Below the pieces are notes generated by a model. The model saw nothing but the letters and a program-made list of their open reading frames with translations, was not told the origin of the DNA and made no database searches. This document shows, piece by piece, positions 8,056 through 17,331 of a stretch of 64,000 bases of DNA. The position numbers were made by a program, and so were the translations under genes. This DNA comes from Marivivens sp. (lineage in GTDB: Bacteria > Pseudomonadota > Alphaproteobacteria > Rhodobacterales > Rhodobacteraceae), in contig JALQXR010000001.1 in assembly GCA_023263105.1 (NCBI GenBank), positions 9,891-73,890 on the forward strand, read 5' to 3'. Position 1 is the first letter of the stretch. Every line of letters begins with the position of its first letter.

Positions 8056-10500
8056 ATGGCCCTTCCCACCCATGCTCGTGTCGTGATTATCGGGGGCGGC
8101 GTTGTCGGCTGCTCTGTCGCCTACCACCTGACCAAACTTGGTTGGAAAGACGTGGTGCTGCTAGAGCGCAAGGCGCTGACGTCGGGCACGACGTGGCATG
8201 CCGCCGGCCTGATCGCGCAACTGCGTGCCACGGCAAACATGACCAAGCTCGCCAAATACAGCCAAGAACTCTACGGCAGCCTAGAAGAGGAAACCGGACT
8301 CGCGACCGGTTTCCGGCGCGTGGGGTCGATCACGGTCGCGCTGACCGAGGAACGCAAGGAAGAGATTTTCCGCTCTGCCGCCATGGCGCGCGCCTTTGGT
8401 GTCGAAATCGAAGAGATCACGCCGGACGAGGTGAAATCCCGTTACCCGCACCTGAACACAGCCGACGTCAAAGCGGGCGTCTATCTGGCAAAGGACGGGC
8501 AGGGCGATCCGGGCAACATCGCCCTTGCGCTGGCAAAAGGCGCAAGGATGCGCGGCGCTGTGATCGCCGAGCGGACCAAGGTCACGGGCATTTCCCGCTC
8601 GGGCCGCAGAGTCAGCGCGGTCGACTGGCAGGCCGAGGATGGCAGCCACGGCACAATCGCCTGCGACATGATCGTCAACTGCGCGGGCATGTGGGGCCAT
8701 GAGGTCGGTCTGATGGCGGGTGTGAACGTGCCGCTTCATGCCTGCGAACACTTCTACATCGTGTCCGAGCCCATTGCGGGGCTGGACCAGCTTCCGGTTC
8801 TGCGGGTGCCCGACGAATGTGCCTATTACAAGGTCGACGCGGGTAAGATGATGCTGGGCGCGTTCGAACCAAAGGCCAAGCCATGGGCGATGAAAGGCAT
8901 CCCGAACGACTTTGAATTCGACCAGCTTCCAGAGGATTTCGACCACTTCGAGCCGATCCTGGAATGGGCGGTCAACCGGATGCCGATGCTGGCGGATGCA
9001 GGGATACATACCTTTTTCAACGGACCCGAAAGCTTTACCCCCGACAACGCCTACCACCTTGGACTCGCTCCCGGGATGGACAACGTCTGGGTGGCGGCGG
9101 GCTTCAACTCGATCGGTATCCAGTCGGCGGGCGGCGCGGGGATGGCTCTGTCGCACTGGATGGATACCGGCGAAAAACCGTTCGATCTGGGCGACGTCAA
9201 CATCGCGCGGATGCAGCCGTTCCAAGGCAACAAACGCTATCTCCAGTCCCGCGTGACCGAGGCGCTGGGCCTGCTCTATGCCGACCACTATCCCTATCGG
9301 CAAAAGGCCACCGCTCGGGGGGTTCGCCGGACGCCGTTCCACAACCAGCTGGCCGAACGTGGCGCGGTCTTTGGTGAACTGGCCGGATGGGAGCGCGCCA
9401 ACTGGTACGCCCGCGACGGCCAAGAACGCGAATACCGCTATTCGTGGAAACGGCAGAACTTTTTCGACAACGTGGCCGCCGAACACGCCGCGATCCGCAC
9501 CGGAGTGGGCATGTACGACATGTCGTCCTTCGGCAAGATCAGGGTCGAGGGGCGCGACGCCGAAGCCTTTCTGAACCACATCTGCGGGGCCGATATGTCG
9601 GTTCCCGTGGGCCGCATCGTCTATACGCAGTTCCTGAACAAACACGCGGGAATCGAAGCCGACGTCACCGTCACCCGCCTGTCGGAAACGGCCTATCTGG
9701 TCGTCACTCCTGCCGCCACGCGACTGGCGGATGAAACATGGATGCGGCGTCATCTGGGCGACCGGAACGTGGTCATCACCGATGTGACAGCGGGCGAAGG
9801 CGTGCTGGCCGTCATGGGTCCAAAGGCGCGACAGGTCCTACAGGCCGTGTCGTCTGCCGACTTTTCAAACGACGCCAATCCCTTTGGCACGGCGCAGGAC
9901 ATCGACCTTGGGTTCGGGCTCGCGCGGGTGCATCGGGTGTCCTATGTCGGCGAACTGGGGTGGGAAATCTATGTCAGCGCGGATATGGCCGCCCACGCCT
10001 TCGACACGCTTTGGCAGGCGGGGCAGGATCACGGGCTGAAGCTGTGCGGGATGCACGTCATGGACTGCTGCCGGATCGAAAAGGCCTTCCGCCACTTTGG
10101 CCACGACATCACCAGCGAAGACCACGTGCTAGAGGCGGGACTCGGGTTTGCGGTCAAAACGGACAAGCCCGATTTTGTCGGTCGTGACGCGGTTCTTCGC
10201 AAGCGGGAGTCGGGTCTGGACAAGCGGTTGTTGCAGTTCCGGCTGACCGACCCCGAGCCGCTGCTTTACCACAACGAACCGATCCTGCGGGACGGCAAGA
10301 TTGTGGGTCACACGTCGTCGGGCGCGTATGGGCACCACCTTGGTGGAGCGATCTGCATGGGCTACATCCCGTGCAAGGGCCAATCAGCGGAAGAGGTTCT
10401 GGCCTCGACCTACGAGGTCGACGTCATGGGCCGCCGCTACAAGGCCGAAGCATCGCTGCGGCCGATGTACGACCCCAAAGGAGAGCGGACCAAAGCCTGA
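8056..10500 (+). CDS. FAD-dependent oxidoreductase/GcvT fusion (dimethylglycine/sarcosine dehydrogenase family), paralog 2
   Basis: VVIIGGGVVGCS, GTTWHAAGL, and C-terminal YVGELGWEIY and CRIEKAFRHFG. 814 aa. Confidence 0.9.
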   Translation: MALPTHARVVIIGGGVVGCSVAYHLTKLGWKDVVLLERKALTSGTTWHAAGLIAQLRATANMTKLAKYSQELYGSLEEETGLATGFRRVGSITVALTEERKEEIFRSAAMARAFGVEIEEITPDEVKSRYPHLNTADVKAGVYLAKDGQGDPGNIALALAKGARMRGAVIAERTKVTGISRSGRRVSAVDWQAEDGSHGTIACDMIVNCAGMWGHEVGLMAGVNVPLHACEHFYIVSEPIAGLDQLPVLRVPDECAYYKVDAGKMMLGAFEPKAKPWAMKGIPNDFEFDQLPEDFDHFEPILEWAVNRMPMLADAGIHTFFNGPESFTPDNAYHLGLAPGMDNVWVAAGFNSIGIQSAGGAGMALSHWMDTGEKPFDLGDVNIARMQPFQGNKRYLQSRVTEALGLLYADHYPYRQKATARGVRRTPFHNQLAERGAVFGELAGWERANWYARDGQEREYRYSWKRQNFFDNVAAEHAAIRTGVGMYDMSSFGKIRVEGRDAEAFLNHICGADMSVPVGRIVYTQFLNKHAGIEADVTVTRLSETAYLVVTPAATRLADETWMRRHLGDRNVVITDVTAGEGVLAVMGPKARQVLQAVSSADFSNDANPFGTAQDIDLGFGLARVHRVSYVGELGWEIYVSADMAAHAFDTLWQAGQDHGLKLCGMHVMDCCRIEKAFRHFGHDITSEDHVLEAGLGFAVKTDKPDFVGRDAVLRKRESGLDKRLLQFRLTDPEPLLYHNEPILRDGKIVGHTSSGAYGHHLGGAICMGYIPCKGQSAEEVLASTYEVDVMGRRYKAEASLRPMYDPKGERTKA

Positions 10501-10509
10501 GTCAGCGGG

Positions 10510-11172
10510 TCAAATCGGAGGGAGCTTGCCGTCTCGGGCAAGCCCCTCGTGCCACTTTTTCATATCAAGGCAGCGGTCCATCGTCCGCCGATAGCTGTCG
10601 CGACCGATGCAGCGGGCCATATAGTCGCGGACCGCGCCGTCAAAGTGGATACCCGCCCCGCGGCGCGCGTTGTCCAACGCGTAGACCGTCGACACATCGG
10701 CTGCGGTAAAGCGGTCTCCGGCTAGGTAGGGGGTCTGCTCGACCTGTCTCCGGATCAGGTCCAGCCGACTGTCGAACTGGTATTTGATGAACCTGTCGAA
10801 CTGTTCGGGGCGCGTGTCCTTTGGGACGATGCGATGGAAATTCGTGTAGTAAAACATAGAGCTAGAGAACGCCGCTTCGCCCATCATCAGGAACTGCAGG
10901 TAAAGCGGATAGCCTTCGTCGTCGGGTCGAACCTCTAGCGGCGACGGGCCGTAGGTCGCCATCAGATATTGCATAATCGCGACGGATTCGACCATGACCA
11001 CGTCCCCGTCGACCAAGGCAGGGATGAAGCCAGCAGGGTTCACGGCCAGAAACTCGGCGTTGTCCGAAATGTCCTTGAGCAGGTCCACGGGGCGCAGCCG
11101 ATAGTTTAGTCCCAATTCCTCGAGCAGCCAGACCACCCGAAAGCCGCGCCCTTCGCCATAGATCGTGATCAT
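10510..11172 (-). CDS. glutathione S-transferase family protein
   Basis: MITIYGEGRGFRVVWLLEELGLNYRLRPVD...NPAGFIPALVDGDVVMVESVAIMQYL, a GST N-terminal thioredoxin-like fold. Confidence 0.85.
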   Translation of the reverse strand: MITIYGEGRGFRVVWLLEELGLNYRLRPVDLLKDISDNAEFLAVNPAGFIPALVDGDVVMVESVAIMQYLMATYGPSPLEVRPDDEGYPLYLQFLMMGEAAFSSSMFYYTNFHRIVPKDTRPEQFDRFIKYQFDSRLDLIRRQVEQTPYLAGDRFTAADVSTVYALDNARRGAGIHFDGAVRDYMARCIGRDSYRRTMDRCLDMKKWHEGLARDGKLPPI

Positions 11173-11299
11173 GTCCGCCGCTCCTTGCCCGACTGCTACC
11201 CGACAGTGATTGTCCAGCGCCGTGCCAGAGGCAACAGGATTTCGGCGGTCCGGCTCCCGCGTGCTTGCGGCTGCGCGCTGATTGGGGCAGAGGTTGCAG

Positions 11300-12199
11300 A
11301 TGACCCAACGTCCTGATCCCCGATCCGAAGATACCCTTTCCGGTTTTGCCTTTGCGCTGGCGGCCTATGTGCTGTGGGGGTTCCTGCCGCTTTACATGAA
11401 GCTGCTCAGCCACGTCCCGCCCGCCGAGGTCGTTTTGCACCGCGTGGTCTGGTCGGTGCCGATCGCGGTTGTCGTTCTGATCGTCCTGCGTCGGACGGAC
11501 GACATCGTGGCGGCTCTCCGGTCGCCGCGGATGATTGCCATGGGCTGCGTGACCGCCGCGCTGATTTCGTTGAATTGGGGCATCTACGTCTGGGCGATCA
11601 CATCGGGCAACGCGCTGGAAGCGGCGCTGGGCTATTACATCAACCCGTTGTTCAGCGTATTTCTGGGCGCGACGCTGTTGCGCGAACGGCTGGTGCCGCT
11701 GCAATGGGTTGCCATCGCTCTGGCCGCAGGCGCGGTGGTCGTGCTGACGCTCGATGCGGGCCGGATTCCGCTGGTCGCCTTGTCGCTGACCCTGACTTGG
11801 GGGCTTTATGCGTTTTGCAAGAAATGGCTGCCAATCGGCCCGAACCAGGGGTTCCTTCTAGAGGTGCTGATCCTGCTGCCGGTCGCGCTGGCCTATTGGG
11901 TCTATCTGACCGCGACGGGGCAGAGCCATTTCGTTCCGGCCATGACGACCGACACCTTGCTGCTGCTGGGTGCGGGCGCGGTCACGGCGATTCCGCTGAT
12001 GCTGTATGCCAATGGCGCAAAGCGGCTGCGGCTGACGACCATCGCGTTGATGCAGTACATCGCGCCGACGATGATCTTTCTGGTTGCGGTCTTTATCTTT
12101 GACGAACCCTTTGGACACGCCCGCGCAATTGCCTTCCCGATGATCTGGGCCGCCGTCGTCGTCTATCTGGTGTCGGTCATCCGCAAGGCCGGAAGATGA
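11300..12199 (+). CDS. rarD: EamA/RarD-family transporter
   Basis: GFAFALAAYVLWGFLPLYMKLL...HRVVWS is the characteristic RarD N-terminus, with 10 hydrophobic segments. I chose ATG 11300; the in-frame TTG at 11282 is possible. Confidence 0.85.
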   Translation: MTQRPDPRSEDTLSGFAFALAAYVLWGFLPLYMKLLSHVPPAEVVLHRVVWSVPIAVVVLIVLRRTDDIVAALRSPRMIAMGCVTAALISLNWGIYVWAITSGNALEAALGYYINPLFSVFLGATLLRERLVPLQWVAIALAAGAVVVLTLDAGRIPLVALSLTLTWGLYAFCKKWLPIGPNQGFLLEVLILLPVALAYWVYLTATGQSHFVPAMTTDTLLLLGAGAVTAIPLMLYANGAKRLRLTTIALMQYIAPTMIFLVAVFIFDEPFGHARAIAFPMIWAAVVVYLVSVIRKAGR

Positions 12200-12843
12200 G
12201 CAGCGACTACAACCCGCCGACCGACCCGCTAGAGATCCTGCACGAGGACGACAGCCTGTTGGTGGTCAACAAACCGTCGGGCCTGTTGTCGGTCCCCGGC
12301 AAGGGAGAGCAGCTGTCCGATTGCCTGCTGGCTCGCGTGCAGATCGCCTTTCCCATGGCGCTTTTGGTGCACAGGCTGGACCGCGACACCTCTGGCGTAA
12401 TGGTGTTCGCAATGAGCCCCCACGCCCAGCGCCACCTTGGCCTCCAGTTCGAAAGACGCCACACGAAAAAGACCTATGTCGCGCGCGTCTGGGGTGAGAT
12501 GACGCAAAAGACAGGAACAGTCGACCTGCCGCTGATCGTCGATTGGCCGAACCGGCCGTTGCAAATGGTGGACCATGAAAACGGCAAACCCGCGCTGACC
12601 GATTTTCGCGTGATGCGGACGGGCAAAGGCGAAAGCCGCGTTCGGCTTTATCCCCACACGGGGCGGTCGCACCAGTTGCGCGTGCATATGAAGGAACTGG
12701 GCCACCCGATTCTGGGTGACCCGTTCTATGCAACCGGCGAGGCACGGGACTATCCCCGCCTCATGCTACATTCGGAAACGCTTCAACTGCGCCACCCCAA
12801 CGGAGGTCGCGGCGAACGGTTCACGGCCAAGGCCCCGTTCTAG
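12196..12843 (+). CDS. RluA-family pseudouridine synthase
   Basis: LLVVNKPSGLLSVPG and the catalytic HRLDRDTSGVMVFA motif. The start overlaps the rarD stop (ATGA). Confidence 0.88.
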   Translation: MSSDYNPPTDPLEILHEDDSLLVVNKPSGLLSVPGKGEQLSDCLLARVQIAFPMALLVHRLDRDTSGVMVFAMSPHAQRHLGLQFERRHTKKTYVARVWGEMTQKTGTVDLPLIVDWPNRPLQMVDHENGKPALTDFRVMRTGKGESRVRLYPHTGRSHQLRVHMKELGHPILGDPFYATGEARDYPRLMLHSETLQLRHPNGGRGERFTAKAPF

Positions 12844-13433
12844 GACAGGAAGTCGCGGATCGCCGCTACTTCGGGCTGCGCGACTTCATGACCGCCGTCG
12901 TGCCAGACGACGCGCACCGTTGCCCCTTGGTCCGACAGATAATCCGCGAAGGTTTGGGTCAGCCCTGCCGGACAAATCGGATCGCGGCGTCCGGCGGTGA
13001 TCAGGATGTCTGCGCCGGACAGACCGGAGCAGGGTTCGGGCGTCCAAGGAATTAGCGGATGCAGCAGCACCATGCGGCGCACCAGATCCGGGTGCCGCAG
13101 CGCGACCGAAGCAAGGATGTTCGCTCCGTTCGAATACCCCAGCCCGATTGTGCTGGTGGCGCCTGTGGATGCCTGTTCCGCCGCAATAAAGGCGGCCATC
13201 GACTCGCTCCGTGTCGCCAGATCTTCCATGTCGTAGCGGCCTTCGGCCAGTCGGCGGAAATACCGCAGCGCCCCCATTTCCGAGACATCCCCGCGCGGAG
13301 ACGTGACATGCGCCGACGGCATCAGGTCACGCGCAAAATCGTGGAACTGGTGCTCTGATCCGCCGGTGCCGTGAAAGGTCAGGAACAGGGGTGCGCCGCT
13401 GGCGCCTTTGGTTCTTGCAGCATGGTAGGTCAT
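12840..13433 (-). CDS. alpha/beta hydrolase, phospholipase/carboxylesterase family
   Basis: LFLTFHGTGGSEHQF...GLGYSNGAN (GxSxG nucleophile elbow)...WHDGGHE. Its start shares 1 nt with the upstream dioxygenase stop. Confidence 0.8.
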   Translation of the reverse strand: MTYHAARTKGASGAPLFLTFHGTGGSEHQFHDFARDLMPSAHVTSPRGDVSEMGALRYFRRLAEGRYDMEDLATRSESMAAFIAAEQASTGATSTIGLGYSNGANILASVALRHPDLVRRMVLLHPLIPWTPEPCSGLSGADILITAGRRDPICPAGLTQTFADYLSDQGATVRVVWHDGGHEVAQPEVAAIRDFLS

Positions 13434-14359
13434 CAGGTGATCGGCTCCAGCGTGCGTTCCAGACGGGCCCGCAGATGTTCGTGCTGGCTGGGAAGCCGCA
13501 GCGCCTCGCCCAGATGCGCGGTGTCCTCGTCGCGGTCAAAACCGGGTTCGTTGGTGGCGATTTCGAACAGCACACCACCCGGTGTCCGGAAATAGATCGC
13601 CCAGAAATAGTCGCGGTCGATGACCGGAGTGACCTGATAGCCGGTATCCAGCAGGGCCTCGCGGACTTCCAGTTGACGGGCGCGGTTTTCGACGGCGAAG
13701 GCGATGTGGTGCACCGATCCCGCACCCTGACGCGGGCGGCCCGCCGACGGGATGGTTTCGATGTCGATCGCATCCGCGCCATTGCCATGCGGCACCGCGA
13801 ACCGAGTGACATTTCCAGAGCGGTCGATTTCTTCGTACCCCATGAATTTCAACAACTCAGCCGAGCCGCCTTCGTCCTGCAACCGCATGTCGGCAGAGTG
13901 GAAACCTCGGATCGCCATGTCCTCGGACACGCCGTTGCCGGTCCACGGTGTGCGGCCGTCGTCGCGCTCGACCAGTGCAAAAGCGTCACCGTCGGGCCCG
14001 TTGAACAGGACGCGGGATTCACCGAAACGGGTGTCGGTCGTGACGCCGGATGCGCCGTGGTCGGACAGGCGCTTTTGCCACGCAGCCGAGGTGCCGACCG
14101 GCACGACAAAGGCGGTACGGCCGACCTCGCCCACGCCGGGGGTGCCCTGTGCGGCGCGGGGAAAGGGAAAGTATGTCATGACCGACCCGGGCGAGCCGTG
14201 TTCGTCGCCGTAGTACAGGTGGTATACGTCCGGCGCGTCGAAATTGACGGTCTTTTTCACGCGCCTCAGGCCAAGCGCATTGGTGAAGAACGCATTGTTC
14301 CGGTTGGCCGAGGACGCCAGCGAAGTGACGTGGTGCAGGCCTTTGATCTGGTTCAGCAT
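13433..14359 (-). CDS. VOC-family ring-cleaving (hydroquinone/glyoxalase-type) dioxygenase
   Basis: MLNQIKGLHHVTSLASSANRNNAFFTNALGLRRVKKTVNFD...VHHIAFAV shows tandem VOC modules. AAGGAG RBS precedes ATG 14359, so I trimmed the start from 14449. Confidence 0.85.
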   Translation of the reverse strand: MLNQIKGLHHVTSLASSANRNNAFFTNALGLRRVKKTVNFDAPDVYHLYYGDEHGSPGSVMTYFPFPRAAQGTPGVGEVGRTAFVVPVGTSAAWQKRLSDHGASGVTTDTRFGESRVLFNGPDGDAFALVERDDGRTPWTGNGVSEDMAIRGFHSADMRLQDEGGSAELLKFMGYEEIDRSGNVTRFAVPHGNGADAIDIETIPSAGRPRQGAGSVHHIAFAVENRARQLEVREALLDTGYQVTPVIDRDYFWAIYFRTPGGVLFEIATNEPGFDRDEDTAHLGEALRLPSQHEHLRARLERTLEPIT

Positions 14360-14403
14360 GGGACAACTCCTTTTCGGTTGTCCCACATATATCATTTGCA
14401 GAG

Positions 14404-14426
14404 GCGCACAGTATGCGACTGGGCGC
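14404..14426. promoter_or_regulatory. near-perfect inverted repeat GCGCACAGT-ATGCG-ACTGGGCGC upstream of the dioxygenase-esterase pair
   Basis: 9-bp arms with one mismatch, 45-67 nt upstream of the start codon at 14359 (minus strand). Confidence 0.4.
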
Positions 14427-14452
14427 ACGCTCTCTGTGCATCTTGCCACATG

Positions 14453-14479
14453 AAAAGGGCCGCCCCAGCGGGACGGCCC
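14453..14479 (-). terminator. rho-independent terminator after the aldehyde dehydrogenase gene
   Basis: Minus strand reads GGGCCG-loop-CGGCCC followed by TTTTCATG. Confidence 0.65.
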
Positions 14480-14502
14480 AATGTCTTTTGCCGGTTTCCG
14501 GC

Positions 14503-15948
14503 TTACTCGGCTGCGGTATCCCAGCCCGAGATCGCTTTGACTTCGAGGAATTCCTCGATGCCCCAGACGCCGCCTTCACGCGCGCGGCCCGAGGCCTTGA
14601 CGCCGCCAAAGGGTGCGCCAGCGCCACGGCTCTTGCCGTTCATTTCCACCATGCCGGACCGCAGACGCAGCGCCAGCCGGTTACGGCGTTCGCCGTCTTG
14701 GGTCTGGACATAGTTCGTCAACCCATAGGGCGTGTCGTTGGCAATACGGACGGCTTCTTCTTCGGTGTCGAAGGGGATGATCGACAGAACCGGTCCAAAG
14801 ATCTCTTCGCGTTCGATGGTCATGCCGGGTTTGACGTCGGCAAAGACGGTCGGACGAACAAAGAAGCCCTTGTTCACGCCTTCGGGCAGACCCAGACCAC
14901 CAGCAACCAGACGGGCGCCTTCGTCGATGCCCTTTTGGATGTAGCCCTGGATCTGGTCCCACTGACGCTTGTTCACAACGGGGCCGATGTGGTTGCCGGA
15001 CTGCGACGCGGGCGCAACGGCGGTTTTGTTTGCCACGCTTGCGGCGATCTCGACCGCTTCATCGTAGAACGACCGCTCGACCAACATGCGGGTCGGGGCG
15101 TTGCAGGACTGACCGGTGTTGTAGAAGCAATGACGCGCGCCGCGCAGGACGGCTTTTTCGTCGGCATCCGCGAAAATCAGGTTCGCACCCTTGCCGCCCA
15201 GTTCCAGCGTCACGCGCTTCATCGTTTCGGCAGCGGCCTTCGAAATGGCGCGGCCAGCGCGGGTCGATCCGGTGAACGAGATCATCTCGACGTCTTGGTG
15301 CGACGACAGTTGCGAGCCAACGCCCATTCCGTCGCCGTTGACCATGTTGAACACGCCAGCGGGGCAACCGGCGTCGTGCAGCATCTCGGTGAAGACGATG
15401 GACGACAGCGGAGCCTCTTCCGAGGGCTTCATCACAACGGTGCAACCGGCAAGAAGGGCGGGAATCACCTTGAGCGTGACCTGGTTCATCGGCCAGTTCC
15501 ACGGGGTGATCAGGCCGACAACGCCGATCGGCTCCATCGAGATGCGGTCGTTCGGCGCATGGGGGCCGAGGGGGCGGACCCACTCAATATGATCAAATGC
15601 CTTCAGAAAGTTGTTCAGGTGCCACGGCAGACATTCGGCCTGATCCGCGATCGACATGTCGATCGGCGCGCCCATTTCAAGGCTGATCGCGCGGCCAAGG
15701 TCTTCTTTACGCTTGTTGTATTGGTCAAGGATGCGTTCGACCAAAGCGCGGCGTTCGGCCGGAGACGTAGCAGACCAAGCCGGAAACGCGGCTTTTGCGG
15801 CTGCTACGGCAGCATCGGTGTCGGCCTTGTCGCCAAGGCTGATGACGGCGCAGACATCCTCGGTCGAGGGGTCGATGACATCGCAATCGCGCGGGGTTGC
15901 GGGGGCGACCCATTTGCCGTTGATGTAGAATTCACGTTTTTCGATCAT
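14503..15948 (-). CDS. NAD(P)-dependent aldehyde dehydrogenase
   Basis: MIEKREFYINGKWV...; ALDH motifs VTLELGGKGANLIF and FYNTGQSCNAPTR (catalytic Cys). Confidence 0.9.
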   Translation of the reverse strand: MIEKREFYINGKWVAPATPRDCDVIDPSTEDVCAVISLGDKADTDAAVAAAKAAFPAWSATSPAERRALVERILDQYNKRKEDLGRAISLEMGAPIDMSIADQAECLPWHLNNFLKAFDHIEWVRPLGPHAPNDRISMEPIGVVGLITPWNWPMNQVTLKVIPALLAGCTVVMKPSEEAPLSSIVFTEMLHDAGCPAGVFNMVNGDGMGVGSQLSSHQDVEMISFTGSTRAGRAISKAAAETMKRVTLELGGKGANLIFADADEKAVLRGARHCFYNTGQSCNAPTRMLVERSFYDEAVEIAASVANKTAVAPASQSGNHIGPVVNKRQWDQIQGYIQKGIDEGARLVAGGLGLPEGVNKGFFVRPTVFADVKPGMTIEREEIFGPVLSIIPFDTEEEAVRIANDTPYGLTNYVQTQDGERRNRLALRLRSGMVEMNGKSRGAGAPFGGVKASGRAREGGVWGIEEFLEVKAISGWDTAAE

Positions 15949-16080
15949 GGTGCTCTCGCTTTGTAATTTGATCAAATTCGCCACACAGTGTCACTGACAG
16001 CGACAAAATGCAAGTGTTTGAAGATGTGGAATGCCGTAGAATTAGATCAACCTGACAAACATTCCATAAGGAGAATCGAC

Positions 16081-16734
16081 ATGGGTTTGCGTATCAACGA
16101 CACCATCCCCGACCTGAAGGTCGAAACCGACCACGGCGCATTCGGTCTGCACGACTGGATCGGGGACAGCTGGGCGATCATGTTCAGCCACCCAAAGGAC
16201 TTTACCCCTGTTTGCACCACCGAATTCGGTGCCGTCGCGCAACTGGCCGATGAATGGGCAAAGCGCGGCACGAAAGTGCTGGGCATTTCGGTGGACGGAG
16301 TCGAGGACCACAAGAAATGGAAGGGCGACATCGAGAAAGTGGCCGGAACCAAGGCGGGCTTTCCAATCGTGGCGGACAGGGGACTCGAACTGTCGAAGGC
16401 ATTCGACATGCTGCCCGCTGGCTACTACCTGCCTGGAAATCCGACTCCGGCGGACAGCCAGACCGTGCGGTCGGTGTTTATCATCGGACCGGACAAGAAG
16501 CTTAAGCTTTCGATGACCTATCCGATGAACGTTGGCCGCAACTTTGCCGAAGTGCTGCGCGCGCTGGACGGGCTGCAGACCGCTGCCAAACACGGGGTGG
16601 CCACGCCTGCCAACTGGCAGATCGGCGCGGATGTCGTGATTCCGACCGCCGTCAATGACGCGGACGCAAAGGCGAAATTCGGCGAATTCAAAACGGTCCT
16701 GCCCTATCTGCGCATGACCAAACTGAAGGGCTGA
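16081..16734 (+). CDS. 1-Cys peroxiredoxin (Prx6-type)
   Basis: FSHPKDFTPVCTTE peroxidatic Cys motif. AAGGAGA RBS precedes ATG 16081. Confidence 0.92.
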   Translation: MGLRINDTIPDLKVETDHGAFGLHDWIGDSWAIMFSHPKDFTPVCTTEFGAVAQLADEWAKRGTKVLGISVDGVEDHKKWKGDIEKVAGTKAGFPIVADRGLELSKAFDMLPAGYYLPGNPTPADSQTVRSVFIIGPDKKLKLSMTYPMNVGRNFAEVLRALDGLQTAAKHGVATPANWQIGADVVIPTAVNDADAKAKFGEFKTVLPYLRMTKLKG

Positions 16735-16746
16735 CAGACCCAGTCA

Positions 16747-16772
16747 GGTCGCGGGGGCGACCCCCCGCGGCC
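16747..16772. terminator. GC-rich hairpin between convergent prx and SRPBCC genes
   Basis: GCGGGGG / CCCCCGC stem extended to about 11 bp, with a 4-nt loop. No clear U-tract on either strand. Confidence 0.4.
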
Positions 16773-16775
16773 GAC

Positions 16776-17186
16776 CTAGCGGCTTTCCGCGTAGGACTTG
16801 AAGCTGTTCAGAATCGACTGCCAGCCTTCCTGCTGCATTTCGACGGGGTTCTCGTCTTCGGCATCGAAGACAGTGGTCACGCGGACGCCACCCTTTTCGG
16901 CAGCAAAGGTCGTGCGGGCCAACCTTCCGTCGTCCATCCGCAGCCCGATCACCTTTCCGGTTTCAAGCTCTTCGTATTTGCCGCCAAACTCGAAACCAAA
17001 GCTGCCGTCCTTTGCCTCCATCCGAGCGGAATAGGCCCCGCCCAACCGGAGGTCGCTCTTGGCCCACGGACAACACCAGTCGTCGCTGGCAAAGTTCCAG
17101 CCGGTGATATGTGCGGGATCGGTCCAGCAGGACCAAGCGGTTTCGGGGGTAGCTGCGACAAGCGCGTCTATGGTGACCTTGGTCAT
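16776..17186 (-). CDS. SRPBCC/AHSA1-domain protein
   Basis: 136 aa, MTKVTIDALVAATPETAWSCWTDPAHITGWNFASDDW..., typical of the Aha1/START-like SRPBCC family. Confidence 0.8.
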   Translation of the reverse strand: MTKVTIDALVAATPETAWSCWTDPAHITGWNFASDDWCCPWAKSDLRLGGAYSARMEAKDGSFGFEFGGKYEELETGKVIGLRMDDGRLARTTFAAEKGGVRVTTVFDAEDENPVEMQQEGWQSILNSFKSYAESR

Positions 17187-17331
17187 GGTGGGCCTTTCGG
17201 GCGTAGGATTCGGCGGGATATTACATCAAGCCGGACTTTTGGGAATGGGCTGTCACGCGAAGTCTGCCATGGACGAGGCCCCCCCCTCTGAGATAGCAAG
17301 ATCAGATGCAAAAAGAACGACAGCGCGGCCC

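Noticed and set aside
8281-9753. 490-aa minus-strand ORF; same kind of case at 5085..6413, 18043..19374, 50751..52106, 60717..61871 and 226..1125
   Set aside because: All overlap confidently assigned genes on the opposite strand (DMGDH paralogs, rimK/AstE-like, PG-binding protein, DctP, ggt). All show the compositional signature of GC-rich antisense frames.
14413-15966. 517-aa plus-strand ORF; 13391..14713 (440 aa) is the same kind of case
   Set aside because: They are antisense to the aldehyde dehydrogenase and dioxygenase genes, whose translations carry clear family signatures. These ORFs carry none.
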